A DNA stretch of 64,000 nucleotides from Alcanivoracaceae bacterium (lineage in GTDB: Bacteria > Pseudomonadota > Gammaproteobacteria > Xanthomonadales > Marinicellaceae), in the NCBI GenBank assembly GCA_016744455.1, contig JADGEI010000013.1, positions 27,809-91,808 on the forward strand, given 5' to 3'. This document shows, one piece after another, positions 47,506 to 55,831 of the stretch. A program made the translations under genes and the position numbers. Under the pieces are notes generated by a model. It was not told the origin of the DNA and did no database searches. It was given only the letters and a program-made list of their open reading frames with translations. How positions within the stretch are numbered: the stretch's first letter is position 1; the number at the start of each line of letters is the position of its first letter.

Positions 47506-48226
47506 TCAGTTGGATATCGCCAGTATCAGTTTGAATGCTTGCGTTACCAAATGAGTTTTTTGGGTTGTAAATTTTTGTGCGATTTTGTTTCTTCTGTGAT
47601 CTCAATAAATCAATGGAATTAGTAGTGGTAACGCCTCCGCTTATGACGTCAACTTTAGGGGGTTGTTTAGTGTGATAATTTATTCTAATGTTACCTTGAT
47701 GGGATTTTAGGTTAATGTCTTTTGATTTTTTGTCTGGGATTAAGGTTAAATTAATGTTTCCAAGTTTGCTAAATAAGTTGACAGAATTTGAAGTTTTGAT
47801 AGATATGTTCGAGTCTTGGCTTTTGGCTATGACTTTATTCTTAATCTTTTTGCTCGATAAATTACCCTTTTCAATTTCAATATCTAACGTTACATGTCCT
47901 GGCATAATAATAGCTACATCAACTCTTTCTAGTGCATTTGTTAGTGGGGGTTTGTCGTATTTTATTTCCAGAGTAAGAGTGCTATCTTCAATAGTGCTAT
48001 ATAATTTCGCTTTGTGGTTATCTGAATACTGAGAAACAGCAAGGTAGGTAAGGTGGTCTTGCTTGGTTTTTCGGATTCTAATATCTCCATATTTATTATA
48101 TATTTTGACTAGTTTGACAGATTCAATGTTTTTATCGTAGTGAAGCCGTTCTAGTTTAATAGTGCTATCACTAGCTATTGTGATGAAACTTATGAAAGAT
48201 AAGGTAAGAGAATGTAGAAATTTCAA
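47486..48226 (-). CDS. Secreted DUF4097-like (putative beta-helical adhesin) protein
   Basis: Signal-like N-terminus KFLHSLTLSFISFITIASD and a repetitive G(N/D)I.(I/L) strand pattern. Non-ATG (TTG) start, so the 5' end is uncertain. Overlaps the downstream 983-aa gene by 20 nt. Confidence 0.5.
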   Translation of the reverse strand: MKFLHSLTLSFISFITIASDSTIKLERLHYDKNIESVKLVKIYNKYGDIRIRKTKQDHLTYLAVSQYSDNHKAKLYSTIEDSTLTLEIKYDKPPLTNALERVDVAIIMPGHVTLDIEIEKGNLSSKKIKNKVIAKSQDSNISIKTSNSVNLFSKLGNINLTLIPDKKSKDINLKSHQGNIRINYHTKQPPKVDVISGGVTTTNSIDLLRSQKKQNRTKIYNPKNSFGNASIQTDTGDIQLIEIEKL

Positions 48227-48322
48227 AGATGTAACTCAAAAAACGTTACATCATACACTAATCTTCTTATTCAGGCAAAAAATACAAGCAATCACATTTA
48301 GTTCTTGAAAATACACGTTAAA

Positions 48323-48355
48323 TGAAATATATTTCAACTATTGAAAATAATTTCA
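48323..48355. promoter_or_regulatory. Two tandem TGAAA-N4-TTTCA palindromes (candidate operator) just upstream of the SorC-family regulator gene
   Basis: TGAAATATATTTCA (48323-48336, perfect 14-bp palindrome) and TGAAAATAATTTCA (48342-48355), centres 19 nt apart, ending 4 nt before the ATG at 48359. Confidence 0.35.
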
Positions 48356-48358
48356 TTT

Positions 48359-49297
48359 ATGAAAACAACTAATCAGCTCAATTTAGCCACAAAAGCAGCA
48401 TGGTTATCCTATATTGGAGGCTATACACAAACGCAAGTTGCTAAACGTTTAAATGTTTCAACGGCAAAAGCAAATCGTTTAATTGCCTTCGCCCATGCAA
48501 ATAATGTGGTAAAGATATTTATTGAAGGCGAGATTGTTGAATGTGTTGAACTGGAAGAAAAACTTATTGAAAAATACCAATTAAATTCTTGTTCGGTAGT
48601 GCCGTTAATCGATAATGAAATTGATGAATTTAATGCCATAGGAACAGTTGCAGCAAATTTTATACATCAATTATTTAAACAAATTCAAGATAAAGTTATT
48701 GGTATTGGTAAGGGACGCTCCTTATCTTCTATGGTTGGTCATTTACCGCATACGAGATGTGATCATTTACAGTTTGTATCGGTTTCTGGTGGTTTGACAC
48801 GTAAATTTTCAACCAACCCTTATGATGTAATTCATCAAATTTCAGAACGCACTCATTCGGATGCATTTTTTTTGCCTGTGCCCTATATGGCAAAGGATAA
48901 ACAAGAAAAACAAATTTTATTATCACAGCAAGGCGTAATACATATGTTGAATTTTGCTAAGACAGCAGATATTTATATTGTTGGTATTGGTTCCATCAAA
49001 AGCAATGCACATGTTCATGAAACGGGCCTTGTTGAGGAATCAACATGGAATACTATGGTTGCTAAGGGCGCTGTTGGTGATTTTATGGGGGAATTCCTAG
49101 ATAAAAAAGGTGAAAACATTATTGACCCAAGTAATAAACTGGCCTTGGGTTTGAGTCATAATGACATAAAAGGCAAGCAAGTTATCGCTATTGTCGGCGG
49201 CAGAGATAAGGGTGTTGCTACACGTGCTGCATTAAAAACAAATACAATCACAGATTTAATCATCAGTGAAGAATCAGCTAAACAGATAATGTGTTAG
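48359..49297 (+). CDS. SorC/DeoR(Bacillus-type)-family sugar-binding transcriptional regulator
   Basis: N-terminal HTH (AAWLSYIGGYTQTQVAKRLNVSTAKANRLIA) followed by a sugar-phosphate-binding domain. Adjacent to deoC. The listed ORF begins at an upstream TTG (48341). Confidence 0.75.
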   Translation: MKTTNQLNLATKAAWLSYIGGYTQTQVAKRLNVSTAKANRLIAFAHANNVVKIFIEGEIVECVELEEKLIEKYQLNSCSVVPLIDNEIDEFNAIGTVAANFIHQLFKQIQDKVIGIGKGRSLSSMVGHLPHTRCDHLQFVSVSGGLTRKFSTNPYDVIHQISERTHSDAFFLPVPYMAKDKQEKQILLSQQGVIHMLNFAKTADIYIVGIGSIKSNAHVHETGLVEESTWNTMVAKGAVGDFMGEFLDKKGENIIDPSNKLALGLSHNDIKGKQVIAIVGGRDKGVATRAALKTNTITDLIISEESAKQIMC

Positions 49298-49310
49298 CTG
49301 AAATTAGGCA

Positions 49311-49455
49311 CTAGGAGCTTGCCCGAGAACAGGAATCGTAGCGTAAGAAAGTTGATTTGAGGCGAATAGCACGGTTATTTAACGAAAAATAGGTGATGAA
49401 CTGTCCAAAATCAGCTTTTTCGGAGTAGGTTTTCTATTCTCGGACAAGCTCCTAG
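49311..49455. repeat. 145-bp element bounded by 19-bp inverted repeats (MITE-like, long-stem RNA, or split operator)
   Basis: CTAGGAGCTTGCCCGAGAA (49311-49329) versus TTCTCGGACAAGCTCCTAG (49437-49455): 18/19 complementary. It lies between the regulator stop and the deoC start. Confidence 0.5.
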
Positions 49456-49476
49456 TTAATTAAGAAGAGTAATATT

Positions 49477-50433
49477 ATGAGTAAAACAGAAAGAAACCCA
49501 GGTATGCCACTCAATTTAGATTGGGTCGAAGGTATTCAGGTTAATACATCAGCGGTGGAACGACGTGCCAAATCTTTTTCTGGCAGAAGGTCAATAAAGA
49601 AAAAACATCAAGCAGCCTGGTTGTTAAAAGCATTGAGTTGTATTGATTTAACGACACTTGCTGGTGATGATACAACACGTCGTGTAAAACGACTATGTAA
49701 TAAGGCCAAGTCTCCAGTTCGTAAAGACATTCTCAAAGCATTAGGTGTTGAAAAACTAAATATAACAACTGGTGCTGTTTGTGTTTATCATGAAATGTTA
49801 GAAGCGGCCAATGGTTTTTTGAAAGGTTCTGGAGTGGAATTGGCGGCAGTTTCAACCGGCTTTCCTGCAGGCTTAACACCCTTTGATATGCGTGTTGAAG
49901 AGATTAAAAGGTCGGTTGCTGCAGGAGCAACAGAAATTGATATTGTCATCTCGCGGCGATTGGTTTTTGCTCAAGATTGGCAAGCATTATATGATGAAAC
50001 TAAAGCTTATCGAGAAGCTTGTGGTGATGCCCATTTAAAGACCATTCTTGCAACAGGTGAGTTAGCTACCTTTAGAAATGTTGCAAAAGCATCGATGGTC
50101 TGCATGATGGCAGGCGCTGACTTTATTAAGACTTCTACAGGTAAAGAATCTGTCAACGCAACTTTACCTGTAAGCTTGGTAATGGTGAGGCAAATTAGAG
50201 AATATTATCAGCGAACTGGTTATAAAATTGGCTATAAACCTGCTGGTGGAATTAGTACAGCTAAAGAGAGCTTGTTGTATTTAATTTTAATGAAAGAAGA
50301 ATTGGGACGTGATTGGTTAGAGCCAGAATTATTTAGATTTGGTGCATCAAGCCTATTAGGTGATATTGAAAGACAATTGGAACACCATGTGACTGGCAAA
50401 TATTCTGCTGGTTTTAGGCATGCAATAGGATAA
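49477..50433 (+). CDS. deoC: Deoxyribose-phosphate aldolase, long (DERA-like) form
   Basis: IDLTTLAGDDT substrate-site motif, Schiff-base lysine context ADFIKTSTGK, 318 aa. Confidence 0.8.
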   Translation: MSKTERNPGMPLNLDWVEGIQVNTSAVERRAKSFSGRRSIKKKHQAAWLLKALSCIDLTTLAGDDTTRRVKRLCNKAKSPVRKDILKALGVEKLNITTGAVCVYHEMLEAANGFLKGSGVELAAVSTGFPAGLTPFDMRVEEIKRSVAAGATEIDIVISRRLVFAQDWQALYDETKAYREACGDAHLKTILATGELATFRNVAKASMVCMMAGADFIKTSTGKESVNATLPVSLVMVRQIREYYQRTGYKIGYKPAGGISTAKESLLYLILMKEELGRDWLEPELFRFGASSLLGDIERQLEHHVTGKYSAGFRHAIG

Positions 50434-50534
50434 ATAGTTAATTGTTTCCCTCGATAATTGGCGACTTAGAGTCTTAATTTAAAATAGATTGCCACTTTTG
50501 GGAATGACAAAGCAACAGAATAAGAGAGTTTAAA

Positions 50535-52910
50535 ATGAATATTATGACAATACTTAAAACGATGGATTATGGTGTCGCTCCAGAAAACACTGATGAAGCA
50601 ATAGCATGGTTGAGCGAACACAAAAATAAATTTGGGTTATTTATTAATGGAGAGTTTTTAAAGGAAAAAAAAGCAAAATACTTTAATACTTATAATCCGG
50701 CTAATGGTAAAAAGTTGGCACAAATCACTCAAGGTACAAAAAGAGATGTTGATATGGCTGTGACTTCTGCCACTATTGCACAACAATCTTGGGCAAAATT
50801 ATCAGGTTTTAAAAGGGCTAAGTATTTGTATTCAATAGCCAGATTAATCCAAAAACATTCCCGTTTATTTGCGGTATTGGAGAGTTTGGATAATGGTAAA
50901 CCCATACGTGAATCTCGTGATGTTGATGTGCCAGTGGTTGTGAGGCATTTCTATCACCATGCTGGTTGGGCACAGTTGATGGAAGATAAATTGGATGATT
51001 ATGAAGCCATTGGTGTAGCTGGCCAGGTTATCCCGTGGAATTTTCCACTGTTGATGTTGGCATGGAAGGTTGCACCTGCACTTGCTGCTGGTAATTGTGT
51101 TGTATTGAAGCCAGCAGAATACACCAGTTTAACAGCATTATTGTTTGCTGAAATTTGTATTCAAGCAGGGTTGCCCAAAGGTGTTGTGAACATTGTAACC
51201 GGCGATGGAAATACAGGGTCGTTAATTGTTAATCACGAAGAAATTAATAAGGTAGCTTTTACTGGATCTACGGCTGTTGGTCGTTTGATTCGTGAGCAAA
51301 CGGCTGGAACAGGCAAAAAACTAACCCTTGAGCTAGGTGGAAAATCAGCTTATATTGTATTTGATGATGCTGATATAGATTCTGCTATTGAAGGTTTGAT
51401 TGATGCTATTTGGTTTAATCAAGGGCAAGTTTGCTGTGCTGGTTCACGTTTATTGGTGCAAGAGAGTATAGCCGATAGGTTTCATGAGAAACTGAAAGCG
51501 CGAATGCAAAAACTACGGGTAGGTGATCCATTAGATAAATCCGTTGATATTGGTGCCATTATTGATGAGTCACAAAAACAACAAATTACCAAACTTGTTA
51601 AAATTGGCGTGGAAGAAGGAGCAGATTTATTTCAACCCAATATCACATTGCCTGAATGTGGCTGCTTTTATCCGCCTACGTTACTCACTGATGTTGATAC
51701 ATCACATCATTTGGCTCAAGAAGAAATATTTGGCCCGGTACTTGTTTCTATGACGTTTAGAACACCAGCTGAAGCTGTTGCTTTAGCCAATAATACTCGC
51801 TATGGCTTAGCTTGTTCTATTTGGAGTGAAAATATTAATTTGGCTATGGACCTTGCGCCTAAGGTTATTGCTGGTGTGGTTTGGATAAATTGTACCAATC
51901 AATTTGATGCAGCCGCAGGGTTTGGCGGTAAAAAAGAATCTGGCTTTGGAAGGGAAGGTGGCATTGAAGGGATGTATGCCTATTTAAAGCCTAAGTACGA
52001 AAACAAACTTAAGGCCTGTAAAGCACAAGTGCCATTTGAACTAAAACATAAACACAGTTTGGCGACAGTCGATAGAACGCCTAAGTTTTATATTGGTGGA
52101 AAACAAGTACGTCCAGATGGTGGTTATTCTCATGCAGTTGTTTCTGCTAAAGGTGAATTACTTGCCCATATTGGCAAAGGTAACCGAAAAGATATTCGAA
52201 ATGCGGTCGAAGCGGCGCGTAAAGCCAAAGGTTGGACTGATACTACGGCACATAATCGCGCACAAGTCATGTACTTTATTGCGGAAAATTTAGCGTTGCG
52301 ATCTGAAGAATTTGCTACGCATATTCATTCATTAACAGGTGTTAGCAAAAAATTGGCAGAGAATGAAGTGTATGCCAGTATCGAAAGACTATTTTATTAT
52401 GCTGCATATGCTGATAAATTAGATGGTGCAGTACATGCTGTTCCTGTTCGTGGTGTAGTGTTAGCTATGCCTGAAGCCAATGGAATTATGGGGATTATTT
52501 GCCCGAATGAAAATCCATTATTAGGACTTATTTCATTAATGGCGGCAAGTATAGCCATGGGTAATAGGGTCGTAATCGTACCATCACAAACTTCAGCTTT
52601 AATGGCACTAGAATTTTATCAAATTTTAGAAACATCAGATCTTCCAGGTGGTGTAGTAAATATAGTCACTGGAAAGAAAAATGAATTGGCACAAGTATTA
52701 GCTGACCATTATGAAGTTGAATCTGTGTGGTATTTTGGTGATCGTAAAGGTTCTGAAATGGTAGAAAAATCATCCGCATCCAGTTTGAAACGAACGTGGG
52801 TGAATAATGGCAAAGCCAGGGATTGGTTCGATAAGTCTCAAGCTCAAGGGCAAGAATTTTTAAACCAAGCCACGGATGTGAAAAATATTTGGACCCCTTA
52901 CGGTGAATAG
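50535..52910 (+). CDS. Didomain aldehyde dehydrogenase: complete ALDH followed by a second, truncated ALDH-like domain
   Basis: First about 490 aa have VIPWNFPLLM, catalytic Glu LELGGKSA and Cys FNQGQVCCAGSR. The last about 300 aa repeat the NAD-binding half (GIICPNENPLLG..., VVNIVTGKKNEL) without recognisable catalytic Cys/Glu motifs. Confidence 0.8.
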   Translation: MNIMTILKTMDYGVAPENTDEAIAWLSEHKNKFGLFINGEFLKEKKAKYFNTYNPANGKKLAQITQGTKRDVDMAVTSATIAQQSWAKLSGFKRAKYLYSIARLIQKHSRLFAVLESLDNGKPIRESRDVDVPVVVRHFYHHAGWAQLMEDKLDDYEAIGVAGQVIPWNFPLLMLAWKVAPALAAGNCVVLKPAEYTSLTALLFAEICIQAGLPKGVVNIVTGDGNTGSLIVNHEEINKVAFTGSTAVGRLIREQTAGTGKKLTLELGGKSAYIVFDDADIDSAIEGLIDAIWFNQGQVCCAGSRLLVQESIADRFHEKLKARMQKLRVGDPLDKSVDIGAIIDESQKQQITKLVKIGVEEGADLFQPNITLPECGCFYPPTLLTDVDTSHHLAQEEIFGPVLVSMTFRTPAEAVALANNTRYGLACSIWSENINLAMDLAPKVIAGVVWINCTNQFDAAAGFGGKKESGFGREGGIEGMYAYLKPKYENKLKACKAQVPFELKHKHSLATVDRTPKFYIGGKQVRPDGGYSHAVVSAKGELLAHIGKGNRKDIRNAVEAARKAKGWTDTTAHNRAQVMYFIAENLALRSEEFATHIHSLTGVSKKLAENEVYASIERLFYYAAYADKLDGAVHAVPVRGVVLAMPEANGIMGIICPNENPLLGLISLMAASIAMGNRVVIVPSQTSALMALEFYQILETSDLPGGVVNIVTGKKNELAQVLADHYEVESVWYFGDRKGSEMVEKSSASSLKRTWVNNGKARDWFDKSQAQGQEFLNQATDVKNIWTPYGE

Positions 52911-52929
52911 TATGTAACGAATGAATGTT

Positions 52930-53550
52930 CTAATTGGCGCGTTTTAAAAGTTCAGCAGTTTCAACCAGTAATTTTCTCTTAAATAGTAATTGCCATTGTG
53001 TGCCACCCATCTGAGACCATAATACTGATGAGCGAATTCCGGCCAATAATACGGTTCGAATTTTTTCAGTAATATGACTTTGTTTTAGATGTTCTGGTTT
53101 GCCACTTAGTATGATGCGAGGTTGTAACAAGCTAACGGTTGAACTGTATGTGTTGGCAAGTTTGGTATAAACAGCTGGAGAAAACTTTTCATTGTGAGCT
53201 TGTAGCATTTTTGAATCTGTAATGCCTTTTTGAATTTTATCAAGATAGTCAGGAATTTTATTTAATTTACGTTCTAAAGTGAGTAATGTCAGTGTATATT
53301 TAAGCACTGTAATGTAATCGTTGTCGCGGTTAAATGCATAGGTTAAGGTTTTTAACCCTGTATTCAGATTATACATGTCATTTCCATAGACTTCACTAAT
53401 ATCGTCGCAATCGAAAATATAAAGGCTGTTTAATAGGGTTTCATAGCCATTTTGATCACGCACTTTTCCTGTACTAGCAAGTTCGTTGGCAAAAAAGGCA
53501 GCTTGGCAAACGCCAGCTAGTGCAATAGTTCTACTTTGCATAAAATTCAC
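52930..53550 (-). CDS. hflD: High frequency of lysogenization protein HflD homolog
   Basis: TIALAGVCQAAFFANELASTG N-terminus, about 206 aa, immediately downstream of mnmA as in enterobacteria. Confidence 0.8.
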   Translation of the reverse strand: MNFMQSRTIALAGVCQAAFFANELASTGKVRDQNGYETLLNSLYIFDCDDISEVYGNDMYNLNTGLKTLTYAFNRDNDYITVLKYTLTLLTLERKLNKIPDYLDKIQKGITDSKMLQAHNEKFSPAVYTKLANTYSSTVSLLQPRIILSGKPEHLKQSHITEKIRTVLLAGIRSSVLWSQMGGTQWQLLFKRKLLVETAELLKRAN

Positions 53551-54664
53551 ATTTCTCGTTTAGTGTATTAGTGTGTTGAATTATACCACCACCAAGACAA
53601 ATATCATCAGTATAAAAAACGACCGATTGTCCAGGGGTAACAGCTCTTTGTTTTTGGTTAAACTCTACTTTGACTTGACCGTTATCGCCTGCATATATGG
53701 TACAGTCTTGGTCACTTTGTCGGTAGCGAGTTTTGGCTTTGCAGGTTAAAGGTAGCTCAGGCTCATTTCCTGATACCCAGCTTAAATCTGAAGCTATTAG
53801 CCATTGAGATTGCAATAAAGTGTTATCCCCACCTTGAATGGCAATCAATTTGTTTTCATTGTGGTTTTTGGCCACGACAAACCAAGGCAAGGGAGGAGCG
53901 TTTTTAACTCCTCCGATTCCAAGTCCTTGTCTTTGGCCTATGGTGTAATACATTAAACCTGTGTGCCTACCGATGATTTTGTTAGTATCATCAACAATCG
54001 CTCCTGGGTTGGGTTCAATGTAACTGGTTAAAAATTTCTGAAAATCCTTTTCTCCAATAAAACAAATGCCAACAGAGTCTTTTTTATCAGCAACAATCAG
54101 ATCTAAATTTTGCGCGATTTCTCTCACCTTGGGCTTGGAAATTTTTCCCAGTGGGAATAATGAATACGCTAGTTGCTCTTGGGTGATGGTGTATAGAAAG
54201 TAACTTTGGTCTTTATTTTGATCTTTGCCTTTAAGTAAACGGTATTTTCCTTGATGAAAATCTTTGTCGACATAGTGGCCTGTTGCCATGTAATCGGCCT
54301 GTAAATCTTGGGCATTATCTAAAAAAGTTTTAAATTTTATTTCGCGGTTGCACAGTATGTCTGGATTAGGTGTTCTGCCGATTCGGTATTCGTTTAGAAA
54401 ATTTTCAAATACATAGTCCCAATACTCACTGGCAAAGTTACGTAAATGTATTCTGACCTTAAGTTTATCTGCCACACTCATGGCATCTTGAGCATCTTCT
54501 GCAGCTGTACAAGTTTCTTGGGTGTCATCTTCTTCCCAGTTTTTCATAAACATGCCTTCAACAGCATAACCTTGCTCTTGAAGAAGAGCTACGCTCACAG
54601 AAGAGTCAACACCTCCAGACATGCCAACGATTACTTTTTGAGATTTATTTTTGTTCTTTGTCAT
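53531..54664 (-). CDS. mnmA: tRNA 2-thiouridine(34) synthase
   Basis: PP-loop VIVGMSGGVDSSV, conserved CFIGE and GQRQGLGIGG motifs. Confidence 0.95.
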   Translation of the reverse strand: MTKNKNKSQKVIVGMSGGVDSSVSVALLQEQGYAVEGMFMKNWEEDDTQETCTAAEDAQDAMSVADKLKVRIHLRNFASEYWDYVFENFLNEYRIGRTPNPDILCNREIKFKTFLDNAQDLQADYMATGHYVDKDFHQGKYRLLKGKDQNKDQSYFLYTITQEQLAYSLFPLGKISKPKVREIAQNLDLIVADKKDSVGICFIGEKDFQKFLTSYIEPNPGAIVDDTNKIIGRHTGLMYYTIGQRQGLGIGGVKNAPPLPWFVVAKNHNENKLIAIQGGDNTLLQSQWLIASDLSWVSGNEPELPLTCKAKTRYRQSDQDCTIYAGDNGQVKVEFNQKQRAVTPGQSVVFYTDDICLGGGIIQHTNTLNEKCEFYAK

Positions 54665-55109
54665 AATAACTAAAAAAGTTTAAATCAAATTTCTTGCCTG
54701 CTATATAGTGGTCGATATGTTCTAAAACAAGAGGGCTGCGTAATCGGTGGCTATTTTGTTCAACTTCATCACGGCTCATCCAAAGAGCTCGAATTATGCC
54801 ATCGTCTAATTTTTGTCCTGGAAAGTGTTTAATAGCAGTGCCTGCAAAACAAGCTCGTAGAAAATGCGTGTCACTATTTGGTGAAGTCCATTGTGCAAAC
54901 TCTATTAAGTGATCTATTTTAACTTGCCAAGCCGTTTCTTCTAAAGTTTCTCGTATCGCTGCGTTAACCAGTGTTTCACCTTCATCTAAATGTCCAGCAG
55001 GTTGATTAATTAATTGCTTATCATGCAAGTCTTCTTCAACCATTAAAAATTTTCTGTCTTTTTCGACTATGGTAGCAACTGTAACGTGCGGAATCCAAGG
55101 TGTGTTCAT
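54645..55109 (-). CDS. NUDIX hydrolase (NudJ-like by position upstream of mnmA)
   Basis: Nudix box GHLDEGETLVNAAIRETLEETAW; overlaps the mnmA start. Confidence 0.8.
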   Translation of the reverse strand: MNTPWIPHVTVATIVEKDRKFLMVEEDLHDKQLINQPAGHLDEGETLVNAAIRETLEETAWQVKIDHLIEFAQWTSPNSDTHFLRACFAGTAIKHFPGQKLDDGIIRALWMSRDEVEQNSHRLRSPLVLEHIDHYIAGKKFDLNFFSYYDKEQK

Positions 55110-55147
55110 TGGCTGTTTAACATGTGTTGATTTAAAATTGTGGGCAA

Positions 55148-55831
55148 TTATAACGAGGCTTTTAATTTTTTACAATCCTTGTTAATAGCTGTTAGGCGCT
55201 CTATGGTGCCTATATCATCCCATTTTCCTTGATGTAATTCTCCAGTAACCAAGCCTTTTGCCATTGCTTTTTTTAAAAGGGGTACTATTGAAAATACACC
55301 TATTTGGCATTTTTCTAAAAGTTTAGGATGGTAAATTCCCACACCGCTATAGGTGTATTTTTTTTCATTGTGTTGAAAATCAAGTTGACCTGATTTAAGT
55401 ATACTAAAGTCTCCAGTAATGTTGTGTTTGGGATTGTCTACTAAAGTTAAATGAGCAAGGGAGCCTGGTTGAATCCTTAGTTTTTTAAAGTCAATATCTG
55501 TTTTTATATCTCCATTGACGACTAAAAAGGGAGTATCTCCTAACAATGGTAAAGCTTTTAACATTCCACCTCCTGTTTCTAGGGGTTCTTGACCTTCAGC
55601 AGAATAGCGAATTTTTACACCATACTGAGCACCATTGCCAAGTTTTTGCATTATTTGTTGGCCAAGCCAACTTATATTAATGATGATGTCATCGAACCCT
55701 GCTGTTTTAAGGTTGTTGATGTGGTGCTCTATAAGAGTTGTGCCACAGACTTCGAGCAAGGGTTTGGGTTTAATAAGTGTTAAGGGGCGCATTCTTTCGC
55801 CCTTGCCAGCCGCAAGAATCATTGCTCGCAT
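55148..55831 (-). CDS. murU: N-acetylmuramate alpha-1-phosphate uridylyltransferase (sugar nucleotidyltransferase)
   Basis: MILAAGKGERMRPLT nucleotidyltransferase N-terminus, about 227 aa, directly downstream of and overlapping an AmgK-like kinase gene. Confidence 0.7.
   Translation of the reverse strand: MRAMILAAGKGERMRPLTLIKPKPLLEVCGTTLIEHHINNLKTAGFDDIIINISWLGQQIMQKLGNGAQYGVKIRYSAEGQEPLETGGGMLKALPLLGDTPFLVVNGDIKTDIDFKKLRIQPGSLAHLTLVDNPKHNITGDFSILKSGQLDFQHNEKKYTYSGVGIYHPKLLEKCQIGVFSIVPLLKKAMAKGLVTGELHQGKWDDIGTIERLTAINKDCKKLKASL

Noticed and set aside
35030-48340. Calling the protease block, or the 5.4-20.6 kb block, a genomic island, prophage or ICE
   Set aside because: No integrase, transposase, tRNA attachment site, flanking direct repeats or phage structural genes are visible. 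Only atypical gene content supports accessory status.
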